Shown one piece after another: positions 27,467 through 38,673 of a stretch of 64,000 bases of DNA. Each line of letters starts with the position of its first letter. Position 1 is the stretch's first letter. The position numbers and the translations under genes were made by a program. Under the pieces are notes generated by a model. It searched no databases. It saw only the letters and a list, made by a program, of their open reading frames with translations, and was not told where the DNA came from. The DNA comes from Candidatus Pacebacteria bacterium CG_4_9_14_0_2_um_filter_40_15. GTDB lineage: Bacteria; Patescibacteriota; Microgenomatia; UBA1400; PJMF01. The stretch spans positions 3,731 to 67,730 of the forward strand of contig PFRS01000005.1 of NCBI GenBank assembly GCA_002788675.1, written 5' to 3'.

Positions 27467-28858
27467 ATGAAGAAACTTAAATCGGCTCTTCCTTATATTC
27501 TTATTATTTTTGTAGCCTTTTTTTTACGTTCCTGGAGATACTGGGAATTCCCCAATACGATGGAAACAGCAGATGAGTATGCTTGGACTTGGCTTGGATC
27601 GAGCATCTTAGCTGATGGGCAGCCTACATCCTGGTCCTATTTTGCCCCTTACGGCGAAGGGTACATTTATAAACAAGGACCTGTCCATGCCCCACTGGTA
27701 AGACCAGCAGTTGATCATCCTCCTTTATTCGCTTTTATTCCTGGAATTGCTCATCTCATTGCAACTAATAACTGGGAAACTCTTCCGGATCACAGAGTAA
27801 TTCGCATACCTATGCTGTTTTTAGGTACTCTTGCAGTTGCACTGCTTGGTTACTGGACATCTCTAGTGTTAGAAAAGAAGTGGAGTTTAGTCGCAACCGC
27901 AATCTATGCCATGGTCCCAGTATTTGTTTTCTCAAGTCGTCTTGTTGTATCAGAGAATTTTCTTATACTCCTTCTCCTCATCTTGGGGATACTTGTTCAT
28001 AGATGGGAAAATCTCTCTCAGAAAGAAAAACAGAAGCAAAATAGAATACGAATCGCTTTTCTGTTATTAGGAGTTGCTGCCCTCCTTACCAAGATTTCGG
28101 GTATTCTCATTCCAGGTATTTTAGTTTCATATGCTTTAGTCAGAAAAGATTTTCCCTTATTTAAACTCGGTATATTAGTTACTATTGCTTCAATTACTTC
28201 CTTACTTCTCTACGCAAGTTATACAAATTTCCCTCTCTTTATGGCTATACAGAAACAGCAAACCTTATTACCAATAGGTTTGTCTACGTTGTATAACAGA
28301 TTTTTCATTTATCCAAATATTGCAAATGATATTTATTATGATGGGTGGCTTTTACTTGGATTTTTTGGATTTGTATATGCACTCATAAAAAAAGACATTT
28401 CAAAAATTCAACCATTCTGGTTGTTCTCAATTTTAAGCACAGTAGTTATTCTCGGATTTATCGGAATAACAGGAGGTGAGTATACTTTCTTTGGCTGGTA
28501 TAGTTATCCAATACTACCCTTTTTTGCCCTATTTATCACTCTTTTACTCAAAGAGGCTTATGAAGAAAAGTATCTGCTAACAATTCTTTTATGGTTTTTC
28601 TTACTGCCTACAATAAATAATGTTTTTGTACATGCAACACGGACTCAACTCTTAACCAGAACGACTATCAGAATGATATATTTCTTAGGAGCTCTTCCAC
28701 TTCTCATCTCATTAACACCTCTAAAGAAATACACAAAATATGCACAACTCTTGCTATTTGTTACGATACTCTCTGCAAGCATTCTCTCAGTTATGACTAT
28801 TGATTACACTGCTAGAGATTTATTCCAACGTTCCTTTTGGAGTGAAGTAAGAAGATAA
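27467..28858 (+). CDS. GT-C fold (PMT/ArnT-like) membrane glycosyltransferase
   Basis: TADEYAWTWLG, PTSWSYF, DHPPLF, SSRLVVSEN, LTKISG. Confidence 0.82.
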   Translation: MKKLKSALPYILIIFVAFFLRSWRYWEFPNTMETADEYAWTWLGSSILADGQPTSWSYFAPYGEGYIYKQGPVHAPLVRPAVDHPPLFAFIPGIAHLIATNNWETLPDHRVIRIPMLFLGTLAVALLGYWTSLVLEKKWSLVATAIYAMVPVFVFSSRLVVSENFLILLLLILGILVHRWENLSQKEKQKQNRIRIAFLLLGVAALLTKISGILIPGILVSYALVRKDFPLFKLGILVTIASITSLLLYASYTNFPLFMAIQKQQTLLPIGLSTLYNRFFIYPNIANDIYYDGWLLLGFFGFVYALIKKDISKIQPFWLFSILSTVVILGFIGITGGEYTFFGWYSYPILPFFALFITLLLKEAYEEKYLLTILLWFFLLPTINNVFVHATRTQLLTRTTIRMIYFLGALPLLISLTPLKKYTKYAQLLLFVTILSASILSVMTIDYTARDLFQRSFWSEVRR

Positions 28859-28860
28859 CT

Positions 28861-30555
28861 ATGAAGAAAATTCTTTTAACCCTAAGTATACTTTGTGCAC
28901 TTATATTAGGAAGTTATCTGCGATTGCATCAGCTTGGATCAATTCCGTGGGCATTAAATAGAGATGAAGCTTCAATTGGATATAATGCATACAGTATTTT
29001 AAAAACTGGACATGATGAACATGGAGTATTTTGGCCAATAAATGTTGAGTCCTTTGGCGATTGGAAACTTCCTATCTACATGTACGCTTCCATTCCCTTT
29101 ATTTCTCTTTTTGGACTTAACGCCTGGGCTGTGAGATTACCTTCAGCACTAGCAGGAATAGCGCTTATTCCTGCTGCATACTACTTTTTTTTGTCGTTTA
29201 ACAACAAGAAAAATAATACTTCAGTAGCTATTGCTCATGTCTTTTCCTGGTTAGTGGCAATTTCTCCTTGGTCACTCAGACTCTCTCGTATTGCATATGA
29301 GGCAAATTTGGCATTGTTACTCGCTGTTTTAGGTGCAGCTTTTATAGTACGAGGCATTCTTAGTAAGAAAGCAAGCTATCTTATTCCAGGTCTCTTTTTA
29401 GCTTTTAGCACCATGCTCACGTATCATGCCTATCAAGTATTTATGCCGCTTTTTCTTGTGGTGTTACTGATCACATACAGAATCGAAATACTAACTATTT
29501 TGAAACAACAGAGAGGTCTTGTGGTCAGCTCCGTGTTTGTAGCAGTTCTTTTTGGTCTTGTGTTGCTTGTTGGGAATACTTCCGATGCAAATCAAACCAA
29601 ATATTCTGGATTATCTGCATTTTCAGAAGAAACATATCACTTTAGACTTTTTGATAAAAGAATGGCTTTTGGAGATCCAACGAGCTTACAAGCAAAAATC
29701 TATGCAAACTCAGTTAGTATGATTGTCGAGAATCTCACTCAAAATGTTGCGGCAATTCTCTCGCCTGAGTTTCTTGTAATAAACGGAGGAAGTCATGGCT
29801 CTCATGATATTCAAGGAATTGGAAATATGTATGTAATTACAGGACTTCTTGTCATTATTGGAATATTTTATACATTTAGAAATCCTTCAGTTTCCCGTAA
29901 GACAAGAGTCTCAACAGTTCTAATTGGATGGCTTTGCGTTGGATTTGTTGCTCCCGTTATAACTACTGAAGCTGCGCATTCAATACGATTTTCACCTGCA
30001 TTGTTTGCATTTGAGGGTTTAGCAGCCTACGCCATTGTTACCTTACTCCAGAACTTGCAGAAGCCGGTACTTCGATTTTCTGTAGTAGGTTTTATTTCAC
30101 TTTCTCTTATCTATTCGCTTATACAAACAACTGGCACCTATTTTGTTATTTTTCCTCAAAGAGATCATCATAAATGGCCATGGTACAGTCAACAAGTATC
30201 TTTAGACATACTCACTCTTCAATCAAACTATAAGCAAATTATTTTCCCACAAATTGATAGCTCACCATATATTTTCTTACTGTTTGATTGGCAGTATGAT
30301 CCAACTCAACTAGCAGAAAATTTGGAATACTATACTACCGACAGTGGTGGATTTAAACATGCCTCACGGCTTGAAAATATATACTTCATTCCAATGGATT
30401 GGAAAGCATTTGTTTCTTCTTCGGAACCTTTACTTACCTTCAGTGAAGCTCAAGAGTTTGAAAAACAAAACCTACGGGCAGATGACTACAAAATTCTTAA
30501 GAAATATGAATCAAACAATGCAGAAAGCACCTTTTATCTTATTTCTAACGAATAA
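28861..30555 (+). CDS. GT-C fold (ArnT-like) membrane glycosyltransferase
   Basis: LNRDEASIGYNAYSILKTGHDEHGVFWP...FGDWKLP, AVRLPSA, SPW...SRIAYEAN, TYH. Confidence 0.88.
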   Translation: MKKILLTLSILCALILGSYLRLHQLGSIPWALNRDEASIGYNAYSILKTGHDEHGVFWPINVESFGDWKLPIYMYASIPFISLFGLNAWAVRLPSALAGIALIPAAYYFFLSFNNKKNNTSVAIAHVFSWLVAISPWSLRLSRIAYEANLALLLAVLGAAFIVRGILSKKASYLIPGLFLAFSTMLTYHAYQVFMPLFLVVLLITYRIEILTILKQQRGLVVSSVFVAVLFGLVLLVGNTSDANQTKYSGLSAFSEETYHFRLFDKRMAFGDPTSLQAKIYANSVSMIVENLTQNVAAILSPEFLVINGGSHGSHDIQGIGNMYVITGLLVIIGIFYTFRNPSVSRKTRVSTVLIGWLCVGFVAPVITTEAAHSIRFSPALFAFEGLAAYAIVTLLQNLQKPVLRFSVVGFISLSLIYSLIQTTGTYFVIFPQRDHHKWPWYSQQVSLDILTLQSNYKQIIFPQIDSSPYIFLLFDWQYDPTQLAENLEYYTTDSGGFKHASRLENIYFIPMDWKAFVSSSEPLLTFSEAQEFEKQNLRADDYKILKKYESNNAESTFYLISNE

Positions 30556-30566
30556 TTGAAAGTAAC

Positions 30567-32252
30567 TTATCTCTGTGTAACAACTTGAGTGGTTCTATGA
30601 ATCGCATAGAGTATCATGAAAACAGCGGTGATAACAGAAATCCATTCTGCAGTCTTTTGTGTTTGAGTCTTTTCTAAAACGACTTGAATTTGTGTAGTGT
30701 TTTCAGGGATTTCTATGGTCAGCAATCCAGATTCAGTAGTTGGATAGATAGGCAACTTGGTTAATCCCGAATAAGCTGTCCAGCCGGGAAAGTAGTACTT
30801 TGAAAGAATAATTGTTCCCGGTTCAGCATTTAATTCAATGAGAATTCTATTTCGCTCAGAAAGACTCTGGGAAACAACTTCTGTGCCGTTCATACCTTGA
30901 GCTAAAGGGAGTGAATCTTTAATGATACATTCTTTAGTTGCCACAGGTAGATACTCCTGTTGCCATGTTGTAGTTGTACAACTATCCTCAGCTGCAAACC
31001 TATCTGAAAAATAATAGCTGGAAGGAACGGCAAAGTAGCGAGTCTGATAACTGGCAATAAGTATAAGTACAACGACAGTGGCTGTCATTGGTCGATTTAA
31101 ATACTGGGCGCTTGTTTTTAAGACAAATGCAATGCTTAAGACCGTCAAAAGTGACAAAAAACGATACGGGAATTGCAGCGTTTGTAAAATTGATGAGTGC
31201 TCCCAAAATATCCAGCTGAGTGGAGTTTGCAGAAAAAGTATGGTTAGTAATACAGCAGCATATGAAACAAGCGCCGAACTTACAGCAGAGAATCTTGATT
31301 TGTTGTTCATTTTGAAGTACTTTTGTATAAGAACACACAAACTCATTGCTACTAATAGTGAAAGACCTATACCCAGAGTGATAGGTTTAATTTCAGGATT
31401 AATTGATGTAAAGCCTAAGATTTCTTTGAGTGAAACTGCAGCATCCTTAAAACCAGTCTGTACAAAACCAACCTGCGAGTATCGGACATAGTTTTTTTCA
31501 AGCAAGACTGGTAAAAGATATGCTGCCGATAACAGTCCTGAGAGGCCAAAAAAGGCAGAAAGAGATGATACCTGAGCAACAATAGCTTCTTTTCGTATAG
31601 CTAATCTCACGACCACCAAAACGGAAAGAAGTAAAACAGCAATTATGCCCGTTATTGCGTGGAAAAAGAAAATCAATGAAAGAAATAGTGCAGATCCAAA
31701 TAGGTAATACCATTTTTTCTTTGTATACAAAAGTTCAAAAAGACCTAACAAACTAGGTAATAACGCAAATCCAAGTAATTCAGCCAACGCCCCGCGAGTA
31801 TACGCATCATAATTAAAATATGCGCTAAAAATAGCCGCTACAGCACCTGCCAATGCAAGTTTCTTAGATACTTTTATCCCTGAACGTAAGTAAAAATACA
31901 TCCCTACTGCTAGAAGTACATACGCTCCTTGAAACAACAGTTTCACACTATTGAGTGGATTTATGCCAATATATATCAAACCAGCTGAAAGATAGTATGT
32001 TAAAGGAGAGTAATAGTTAAAAAGTGGGTAGCCTCCCCCATTTCCAAATGATTGCAACATTCTAACGGGGAACTGTCCTGCTTGTAGTTCTTCAAGCAAT
32101 GCTTCTGAACGCGCAATATGTACATCGTCAAACACTCTCCACATGCCTTCATTTGCACGCATCGGTTTAACAACTAAAAGTACAGCAAAGCCAAGTATAC
32201 CTAAGGCAACTGCATCAAAAAAGTATTTTTTTGCGAAGGCTTGTATCTTCAT
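30567..32252 (-). CDS. GT-C membrane protein, PTPS-related/YfhO-like family
   Basis: FDDVHIAR, GQFPVR, GNGGGYPLFNYYSPL, RGALAE, LQFPYRF, YFPGW. Start reassigned to ATG 32252 (ATGA overlap). Confidence 0.82.
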   Translation of the reverse strand: MKIQAFAKKYFFDAVALGILGFAVLLVVKPMRANEGMWRVFDDVHIARSEALLEELQAGQFPVRMLQSFGNGGGYPLFNYYSPLTYYLSAGLIYIGINPLNSVKLLFQGAYVLLAVGMYFYLRSGIKVSKKLALAGAVAAIFSAYFNYDAYTRGALAELLGFALLPSLLGLFELLYTKKKWYYLFGSALFLSLIFFFHAITGIIAVLLLSVLVVVRLAIRKEAIVAQVSSLSAFFGLSGLLSAAYLLPVLLEKNYVRYSQVGFVQTGFKDAAVSLKEILGFTSINPEIKPITLGIGLSLLVAMSLCVLIQKYFKMNNKSRFSAVSSALVSYAAVLLTILFLQTPLSWIFWEHSSILQTLQFPYRFLSLLTVLSIAFVLKTSAQYLNRPMTATVVVLILIASYQTRYFAVPSSYYFSDRFAAEDSCTTTTWQQEYLPVATKECIIKDSLPLAQGMNGTEVVSQSLSERNRILIELNAEPGTIILSKYYFPGWTAYSGLTKLPIYPTTESGLLTIEIPENTTQIQVVLEKTQTQKTAEWISVITAVFMILYAIHRTTQVVTQR

Positions 32253-33670
32253 CGGATGAATTCTTTCAAAAGTACTGTAGTTGTAATCGTTGGTATAGGA
32301 CACTTAATATGTTGGCACTGCGCATCATAAAAGGAATCAGCTAAATAGAGTGATTGCACTGCATACACAGATCCAATAATAGCAATTGCTACATATACAA
32401 ACTTCTTTTGAAATTGTTTTGACATGAAGACGTAGCCAATTACAGGAATCAGTACTAATGAGCTAACAACTAAGCGAAGTTTTTCTGTAGTTGGATAGGG
32501 ATGCTCAACAAATCTCACTAACCCAAAATTATTTGTAACAACCAATGAGCCAAGCATCGCTATAACTGCAAGACTGAGTTTTTCTAAAACATATCCTACT
32601 GAGATAGCTAACAAAGTGAAAAAAGGGAGTTTGTACCAACCCAAAGCATCCTGCTCAGCACTTGTGCTCCATAGTAGCAAAAGTGCACCCAATGAGGCGA
32701 ATTGTAACAAGAGCGCTTGTTTATTTTTTGGAGCAACAAGGAGCCCCGCAATTCCTAGGAATAAAAAGACATAGTATGAAAGATCATAAAACAAGTAATG
32801 ATGAAATCCTGGAGTTGCCATTATGAACGCCGGATTTACCCATCCGAGTAATCTAAATGACTGTTTGCTAGTAATAGCTATAAATTCATTCCAACCAAGA
32901 CTATATACAAAGGGAAGATAGAATACTAAAAACAACAGTAGTGAACTTGCTACCACTGTTACAAGGCGTTTCCAGTCTCTTTTTAGTAAAAATGCCAATC
33001 CTAGAACCAGAAGCACAATAATACCAGTCATTTTTGCTAGCAAAGCTGCTGCTGCAAGAAATGGTAAATAACCATAGTATTTCTCTTTTTGTTTTACTAA
33101 GATCAATACAGCCGCTAACAAAAGAGGTACAACAATATTTTCGCCAATAACCATTCTTTGTCCAAGTATGATTGAAGGACTTAAGGCAAACAGAAAATAG
33201 GTAATTACTGCAGTCCTTTCAGAGTAAAGTTCTGAAACAATTTTCCAAAAAAGAAAGAGCGTGATCATTGCTATTGCTAACATTGGTAGCCTTAGAATTA
33301 AGCTTGGTGGTGTACTTGGAAATCTATATCCCAGTGCTTCTGTCCATGCTCCCTCAATTAAGGAGAGTAAATAGGGATGATCAAACCAGGGTTTAATAAG
33401 AGTAATTGTACCGTCAGTATTGAATTCTGGATCTCCGATTTCTTCATTTGAATAGATATATGTATCATCATACTCAAAGCTGGACCAGGATATTGGCACT
33501 CCTTCTTCGATAAGACTTTGTCCGGCAAAGACAAATGCTAATTCATCAGCATCGTTCTGAAAGGGAACAAACTCAATCTTCCAAAATCGTGCAAAGAAAG
33601 CCAACACGGTAATGAAAATAACGAGTGATTTTTTAGAAAAGAATAGTTTTAAAATGTTTCTACCTGCCAT
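32249..33670 (-). CDS. GT-C fold membrane glycosyltransferase, paralogue of 27467
   Basis: DADELAFVFAG, PISWSSF, PWFDHPYL, QRMVIGEN, LAKMTG. Start ATG 33670 (track start 33685). Confidence 0.82.
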   Translation of the reverse strand: MAGRNILKLFFSKKSLVIFITVLAFFARFWKIEFVPFQNDADELAFVFAGQSLIEEGVPISWSSFEYDDTYIYSNEEIGDPEFNTDGTITLIKPWFDHPYLLSLIEGAWTEALGYRFPSTPPSLILRLPMLAIAMITLFLFWKIVSELYSERTAVITYFLFALSPSIILGQRMVIGENIVVPLLLAAVLILVKQKEKYYGYLPFLAAAALLAKMTGIIVLLVLGLAFLLKRDWKRLVTVVASSLLLFLVFYLPFVYSLGWNEFIAITSKQSFRLLGWVNPAFIMATPGFHHYLFYDLSYYVFLFLGIAGLLVAPKNKQALLLQFASLGALLLLWSTSAEQDALGWYKLPFFTLLAISVGYVLEKLSLAVIAMLGSLVVTNNFGLVRFVEHPYPTTEKLRLVVSSLVLIPVIGYVFMSKQFQKKFVYVAIAIIGSVYAVQSLYLADSFYDAQCQHIKCPIPTITTTVLLKEFIR

Positions 33671-35211
33671 GATCCAGCCTTCCATTCGACTACTGTTTTT
33701 TCAGAATCTGTGCGGTCAGTTGATTGACCTATAAAGTGGTATCTATCTAACTGTTGTCCATACTTAAAACCATATGAATTGGGAAGTTGTTTAACTATCG
33801 TAGTAAAAAAGAGATCAGGAGGAGTTTGTAAGTACCAAGCCGTCAAAATATATTGAAATCCATCTCCATCTACAACAGCCACTGGTCCGATTGTTGTTGA
33901 TTCTACATCTCTAATCACAGTATCAAATCCCACATGCAAAATATCTGGCTGAGATAGTGGATATTCGGTAAAGTATTTTGTTAGGTACTGAGAAAATAAT
34001 AAAATGCTAACAACAATGAATAATGTACCAATGTTTCCTTTAAGTTGTTTCAGAGCATACACTGAAGCGACTGAGAGGCAAAAGAAAAAGAGTAAGCTCC
34101 TGGTTGCATGAGGAGCATCTACTGTAACAATTGATGGAGCCAGAGAAATTACGGTTGTGTACAAGAGAAGTAATTCAAAACTACAGTATGCAATAATTTT
34201 TTTCCATTTCAGTGTTTTTTGCATGCGTTTTATACAGGTAACTAGAGCTAAGATAAGCCCAAGAATTCCAAAAAGATACACCGTTACTAATACATGACCG
34301 GACCCAGGAAGTTGATGGAGTGGGTGTGAGCCACCTCGACTCATTAAGAATGAAGGTGAAAAAGTTGCCACTGTGTTTTTAAACATCAATGTCGAATAAT
34401 AGAAATATTTATTCCCAAAAAGTTTTTGATTTGCACCTGAAAAGGATCCATACCAGAGATCAGCAGCTTCTCTCGTAGTTTCATCATTAAATAGAGTAAT
34501 ACCACTTTTTTGTGAAGTGAGAGTAACTTGACTAAAAAACAATCCAATAAAAATTGTCGAAAGTGCAAATATTGGCAATAACCATTTTTTATACGATTCA
34601 ATGCCTCTACTCAAAACAACCACTGGTAAAAAGAATGGGATTAAAAGTAGCGGCGTATTGTAGGTAATTGCAGCAAAAAGCCACAGAAATATTCCTAATA
34701 TATCTTGAGTTGTGCGAGTAAATTTCCCAAATGGTTTCCCAAATAGTAACAACAGTGCGTTTAATAAGAGAGCTAAGCCAACCATGGCCTCAAATGCAAT
34801 TCGTGAATAAAAAAAGAATACTGGAGTTGTAGCAACTACTACAGCTAACATAAGCGAATAAGGTTCACCCCATTTACTTTGTTTTGCAATAGAGTAAGCC
34901 AAAATAATCAAAGAAATTCCTGCTAACAGGGATGGAAGTCTCACCACAGCATCACTTGTGCCTAACACTGAAAAGAGTGCCACCAACAATACTGGGTATC
35001 CTGGTAACTTATAATCACCAAAAGACTCAAGCGTTATCGGCCAAGATTTTCCCCATTCATCTCTACCTGTTTCCTTGAGTAGTAGAGCATTATATGCTAA
35101 TCCAGCTTCATCCCTATTTAATATCTGTGGGAGTGTATCAAGCTTGTATAATCGAGCACCAAAAGAAAGAAATATAATAAGAACTAAGAAACTGGTGCCT
35201 AATCTTTTCAT
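33649..35211 (-). CDS. GT-C fold (ArnT-like) membrane glycosyltransferase
   Basis: LNRDEAGLAYNA...GRDEWGKSWP...FGDYKLP, VRLPS, SRIAFEA. Confidence 0.88.
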   Translation of the reverse strand: MKRLGTSFLVLIIFLSFGARLYKLDTLPQILNRDEAGLAYNALLLKETGRDEWGKSWPITLESFGDYKLPGYPVLLVALFSVLGTSDAVVRLPSLLAGISLIILAYSIAKQSKWGEPYSLMLAVVVATTPVFFFYSRIAFEAMVGLALLLNALLLLFGKPFGKFTRTTQDILGIFLWLFAAITYNTPLLLIPFFLPVVVLSRGIESYKKWLLPIFALSTIFIGLFFSQVTLTSQKSGITLFNDETTREAADLWYGSFSGANQKLFGNKYFYYSTLMFKNTVATFSPSFLMSRGGSHPLHQLPGSGHVLVTVYLFGILGLILALVTCIKRMQKTLKWKKIIAYCSFELLLLYTTVISLAPSIVTVDAPHATRSLLFFFCLSVASVYALKQLKGNIGTLFIVVSILLFSQYLTKYFTEYPLSQPDILHVGFDTVIRDVESTTIGPVAVVDGDGFQYILTAWYLQTPPDLFFTTIVKQLPNSYGFKYGQQLDRYHFIGQSTDRTDSEKTVVEWKAGSWQVETF

Positions 35212-35226
35212 TGTGTATATCTCACG

Positions 35227-36954
35227 TTAGTCTGTTGTTTGAACGGTCAGCAGTGTAAATCTCTTTCCGTTCGAGAGTGTAATTTCTTGAGTTACCCTTG
35301 ATTGTATACTATTTGTCTCGTCAAAGTGCTCAGAATACTCTTCTGAAGGTAGCAAAAGGTGTTGCTGATCTACATACTTTTCTGAAACTTTGAATGATAC
35401 GTTGTCCATTTCACTAAATTGATACTGTTCTGTTGACCAGTTTGCAAATTCAGTGCCAGAGTAAGGCCCATATGCAAGTAACCATAAATAAAATTTATCA
35501 GGAGTGCCTAAAAGTGTCAGTGACTGTTCTGGTGAAATATACGATGAAACAGCTGTCGCAAGTTCACTCTGAGATCTAAACCAAGCATCATCACTGACCT
35601 TTGGATACACTGAAAAATAGTAACAACTAAAAGCTGCTGCATAAAAAACGGCAATCAATCCAAATAAACCCACAAGTGACCTTTTGACTGTACGATGTGT
35701 CTTCGTATTCCAAAAAAGAGTGAAACCTTCATATATTCCTATAGAAATTATCACAGAAAAAGGGATGAGTGCATTTAAAAAGCGCAGCGCATGTGGAACT
35801 GTAAGTGGTACGGCAGCAGGTAGTGCTGCACTTACAATCCAAGTAATCAAGATTGCTAACATCCATTTTCTTTTTCTAGCCAAGACATACAAGCCTAGAC
35901 AAAAGGGAAGCATAAATGGAAACAGGAACAGTCCATATTTCCCAGTACCATGTCGAAGATTTGTATCACCCGTGATAAAGATAAATCTTGGTGAAAGTTG
36001 TTCACTCAGATTATGCGCTAAGACCTGACCTGTAAAATATATTCTGTGAAAGAGAACTCTATCTAGCAGTGAATCTCCAGCTATGGTTCTATACTCATTG
36101 GCCTGTACTACTTGCTCATGATTTTGCAAAATCGATGGCGTACTTAATCTAAACTGCATACTGGCTTCATACAACGCTGATTTGAATAATGGAAGTAATA
36201 AGATAAGAAAAACAAGTAGATACAGTCCTAACTTTAGACCGAGAAAAATGTTATTTTTCACTCTCATCCACGCTTTGGGATCTGTAATAAAGTTACTTTG
36301 AGAAACCATCCAAACTAGGTATATTGGAATCCACACATATCTGACGGAAAAATAAGTGTAAGTAGCTAGAGCCGCTAAACCCATTGCCAACACAAGCATC
36401 TGAAATCGCTTCTTTGATCTTAGAAGCACGAGAACTGCCAGCCCTAAAATAAACTGTCCCAAATAAGCTTCAAATCCAGTTCTAGAAAACTGTATTGCCC
36501 AAGGACTAAATCCCAGAGTAACTACCGTTGCAATTCCAGCACCTATTGCTGAAATCCTGAAAGTGTCATGTTTGGGTGTTTTGTTCGTATAGAGAGTTCG
36601 TAACAGAGCATACACAATAACAAACGTTCCAAAACCCGCCATCAAACTCGGTAATCTCACAGAAAAAGCTGAGGGGGTAAAAAGTAACGATGCTAAATAT
36701 ACAGCCCAAAGGTACACGGGCATTTTATAATCACCATACGAAGGATACAGTGACTGTAGCCAACTATTCCCATGCATGTCATGCCCCGTTGTTACCAATG
36801 CTTTTGCATCTACAAGCATTGCTATTTCATCAATATAGAGGCTTGCAGGATGGTTCGGAAATGCACCTATTCGAAGAAAGAAAGCCCATACCACAATGCC
36901 TAGTAACGCTAGTACGGTCAGCAACATTCGAGTTGTGAGTTTATTTTTTTTCAT
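35227..36954 (-). CDS. GT-C fold (ArnT-like) membrane glycosyltransferase
   Basis: LYIDEIAMLVDA...GHDMHG...YGDYKMP, VRLPS, SPWAIQFSRTGFEA, GDTNLRHG, PHALR. Confidence 0.88.
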   Translation of the reverse strand: MKKNKLTTRMLLTVLALLGIVVWAFFLRIGAFPNHPASLYIDEIAMLVDAKALVTTGHDMHGNSWLQSLYPSYGDYKMPVYLWAVYLASLLFTPSAFSVRLPSLMAGFGTFVIVYALLRTLYTNKTPKHDTFRISAIGAGIATVVTLGFSPWAIQFSRTGFEAYLGQFILGLAVLVLLRSKKRFQMLVLAMGLAALATYTYFSVRYVWIPIYLVWMVSQSNFITDPKAWMRVKNNIFLGLKLGLYLLVFLILLLPLFKSALYEASMQFRLSTPSILQNHEQVVQANEYRTIAGDSLLDRVLFHRIYFTGQVLAHNLSEQLSPRFIFITGDTNLRHGTGKYGLFLFPFMLPFCLGLYVLARKRKWMLAILITWIVSAALPAAVPLTVPHALRFLNALIPFSVIISIGIYEGFTLFWNTKTHRTVKRSLVGLFGLIAVFYAAAFSCYYFSVYPKVSDDAWFRSQSELATAVSSYISPEQSLTLLGTPDKFYLWLLAYGPYSGTEFANWSTEQYQFSEMDNVSFKVSEKYVDQQHLLLPSEEYSEHFDETNSIQSRVTQEITLSNGKRFTLLTVQTTD

Positions 36955-38644
36955 ATCCAATCCAAAGTGGAATTCCCGTTGGGCTCGACAGTGTATACAC
37001 TTGAGTCATATCTCTTTGATCGTTTATATCTGTAACTACTTTACTCTTTGGTGAAGCAAAAATTACGTCAGAATCTTTAACTTGGTCAGCAGTATCAAAA
37101 AAGACAATATTCTTATAGGTAATGAATTCTGACTGATCCATAACCTCTGTGCTATCTTGTGCCTGAACCTGTCGTGGATCGATACTATTCATAAAGAAAT
37201 AGTACATTGCAGGGCGACCATACTCCCTAGATACTGCAACTTTTTTATCCATTTCAACATATTTTTGAACTTCAGTCATAACATCCTGATACCCATACTG
37301 CCATTCCAAAGCGCTCTCCTTCGGATAGATAACGGTATAATAGCGCCAGAATGCACCCACTTGCAGTAGATACACACTCGCTAAAGAAATAACTGAAATA
37401 CGAAACAGGTTAGTCTTCATATTGTTCTTAAGAAGAAGGTAGCCTTCACTCATGCCTATCGCGACAATAAACAGCACTAGTGGTGCCATAGGTACTATGC
37501 GAAGTGCATGAGGAGTTGCCAATGAAATACTCGCCGGTAACACACCAATTACTAACCATATAAGTAAAAAAGCACCAAGCAGTTTATATCTTCGAACTAA
37601 AACATATATACCAAATGAGATAAAGACTGCATCTAAGAAGTACAAAATACCCATATATCCAGTTGAATGACGTTTGTTTACATCACCATGGATAAATAAG
37701 AAATCTAAACTGAAGTGAGAAAGTGCATTTGTAAGCACTTCACGACTAAAGAGTACATATCTATGGAAAAATACTCGCGCTCCAGGTGTTCCAGCTGCAG
37801 CAATAGAAGCATTGCTTTCAGTAATTATATCTAATCGAGAAAATATACTCGTTTCAGCAAATCTTTGAGATACTTCAGGAGAACGCAGCGTCGCAATAAG
37901 TGGTAAAAGAAGGAGTAAAAAGAAACACCCAATGAGTACTTCACTTTTTGGAAGCTTTTGTATATGAGTAAGTACCCCTTTCTTGAACACTGACCAAATA
38001 TTTTCAAAAAAAGTGCTTGCTAGAATGCTTAAAAAAATGAGTGGCGCAATTACTCTGGTGGCATGATAGGTATAGACGCTAACTGCAAAAAACACTGCTG
38101 ATATAAGCAAAAATCTACACTTTCGATTCCGAGCAAATTGTAGACTGAAGATTATTCCCCAAAGTAAGAATGCAGTGGCAAGATTTACTTCCCATGCAGC
38201 TCGTGAAAACATAATCAGCCAAGAAGATACTGCCGTCACAAACACACTCAGGAGTTGGATCAGTGCAACTTGAGTTTTCGGCATTCTTGATGCAAAGCGG
38301 AGTAATAGTAGTTCTGAGAAGAAGTACATGCCTACTACAATTAAGAGACCAGCTAACATACTTGGCAATCTAATAGAAAAAACTGTAAGACCAAAAAGTT
38401 TAATGCTTGCAGCAGCAAAATAAAAATATCCAGATGGTTTCCAGTCACCAAAAGATTCAAATGCGACAAGTGGCCATGGAGTACCGTGATGGTCGGCGCC
38501 AGTTTGACCTATTGAGTAAGCATCATACCCAAGGGCAACCTCCTCCCAATAAGGAGAAATTAAGCTCCCCAAATTGAAGCCTCTCAGAAACAGTGCTAAG
38601 ATAACTACAGTGAAAAGGGCTAGAGTTGTAAGGTTCTTCTTCAT
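36941..38644 (-). CDS. GT-C fold (ArnT-like) membrane glycosyltransferase
   Basis: PYWEEVALGYDAYSI...GADHHGTPWP...FGDWKP, SRAAWEVN, GDVNKRHS, PHALR. Start reassigned to ATG 38644 because the track start (38707) overlaps the divergent gene. Confidence 0.88.
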   Translation of the reverse strand: MKKNLTTLALFTVVILALFLRGFNLGSLISPYWEEVALGYDAYSIGQTGADHHGTPWPLVAFESFGDWKPSGYFYFAAASIKLFGLTVFSIRLPSMLAGLLIVVGMYFFSELLLLRFASRMPKTQVALIQLLSVFVTAVSSWLIMFSRAAWEVNLATAFLLWGIIFSLQFARNRKCRFLLISAVFFAVSVYTYHATRVIAPLIFLSILASTFFENIWSVFKKGVLTHIQKLPKSEVLIGCFFLLLLLPLIATLRSPEVSQRFAETSIFSRLDIITESNASIAAAGTPGARVFFHRYVLFSREVLTNALSHFSLDFLFIHGDVNKRHSTGYMGILYFLDAVFISFGIYVLVRRYKLLGAFLLIWLVIGVLPASISLATPHALRIVPMAPLVLFIVAIGMSEGYLLLKNNMKTNLFRISVISLASVYLLQVGAFWRYYTVIYPKESALEWQYGYQDVMTEVQKYVEMDKKVAVSREYGRPAMYYFFMNSIDPRQVQAQDSTEVMDQSEFITYKNIVFFDTADQVKDSDVIFASPKSKVVTDINDQRDMTQVYTLSSPTGIPLWIGYEKK

Positions 38645-38673
38645 ACGCTTGTAACAACAGTATATAGCCTGGC

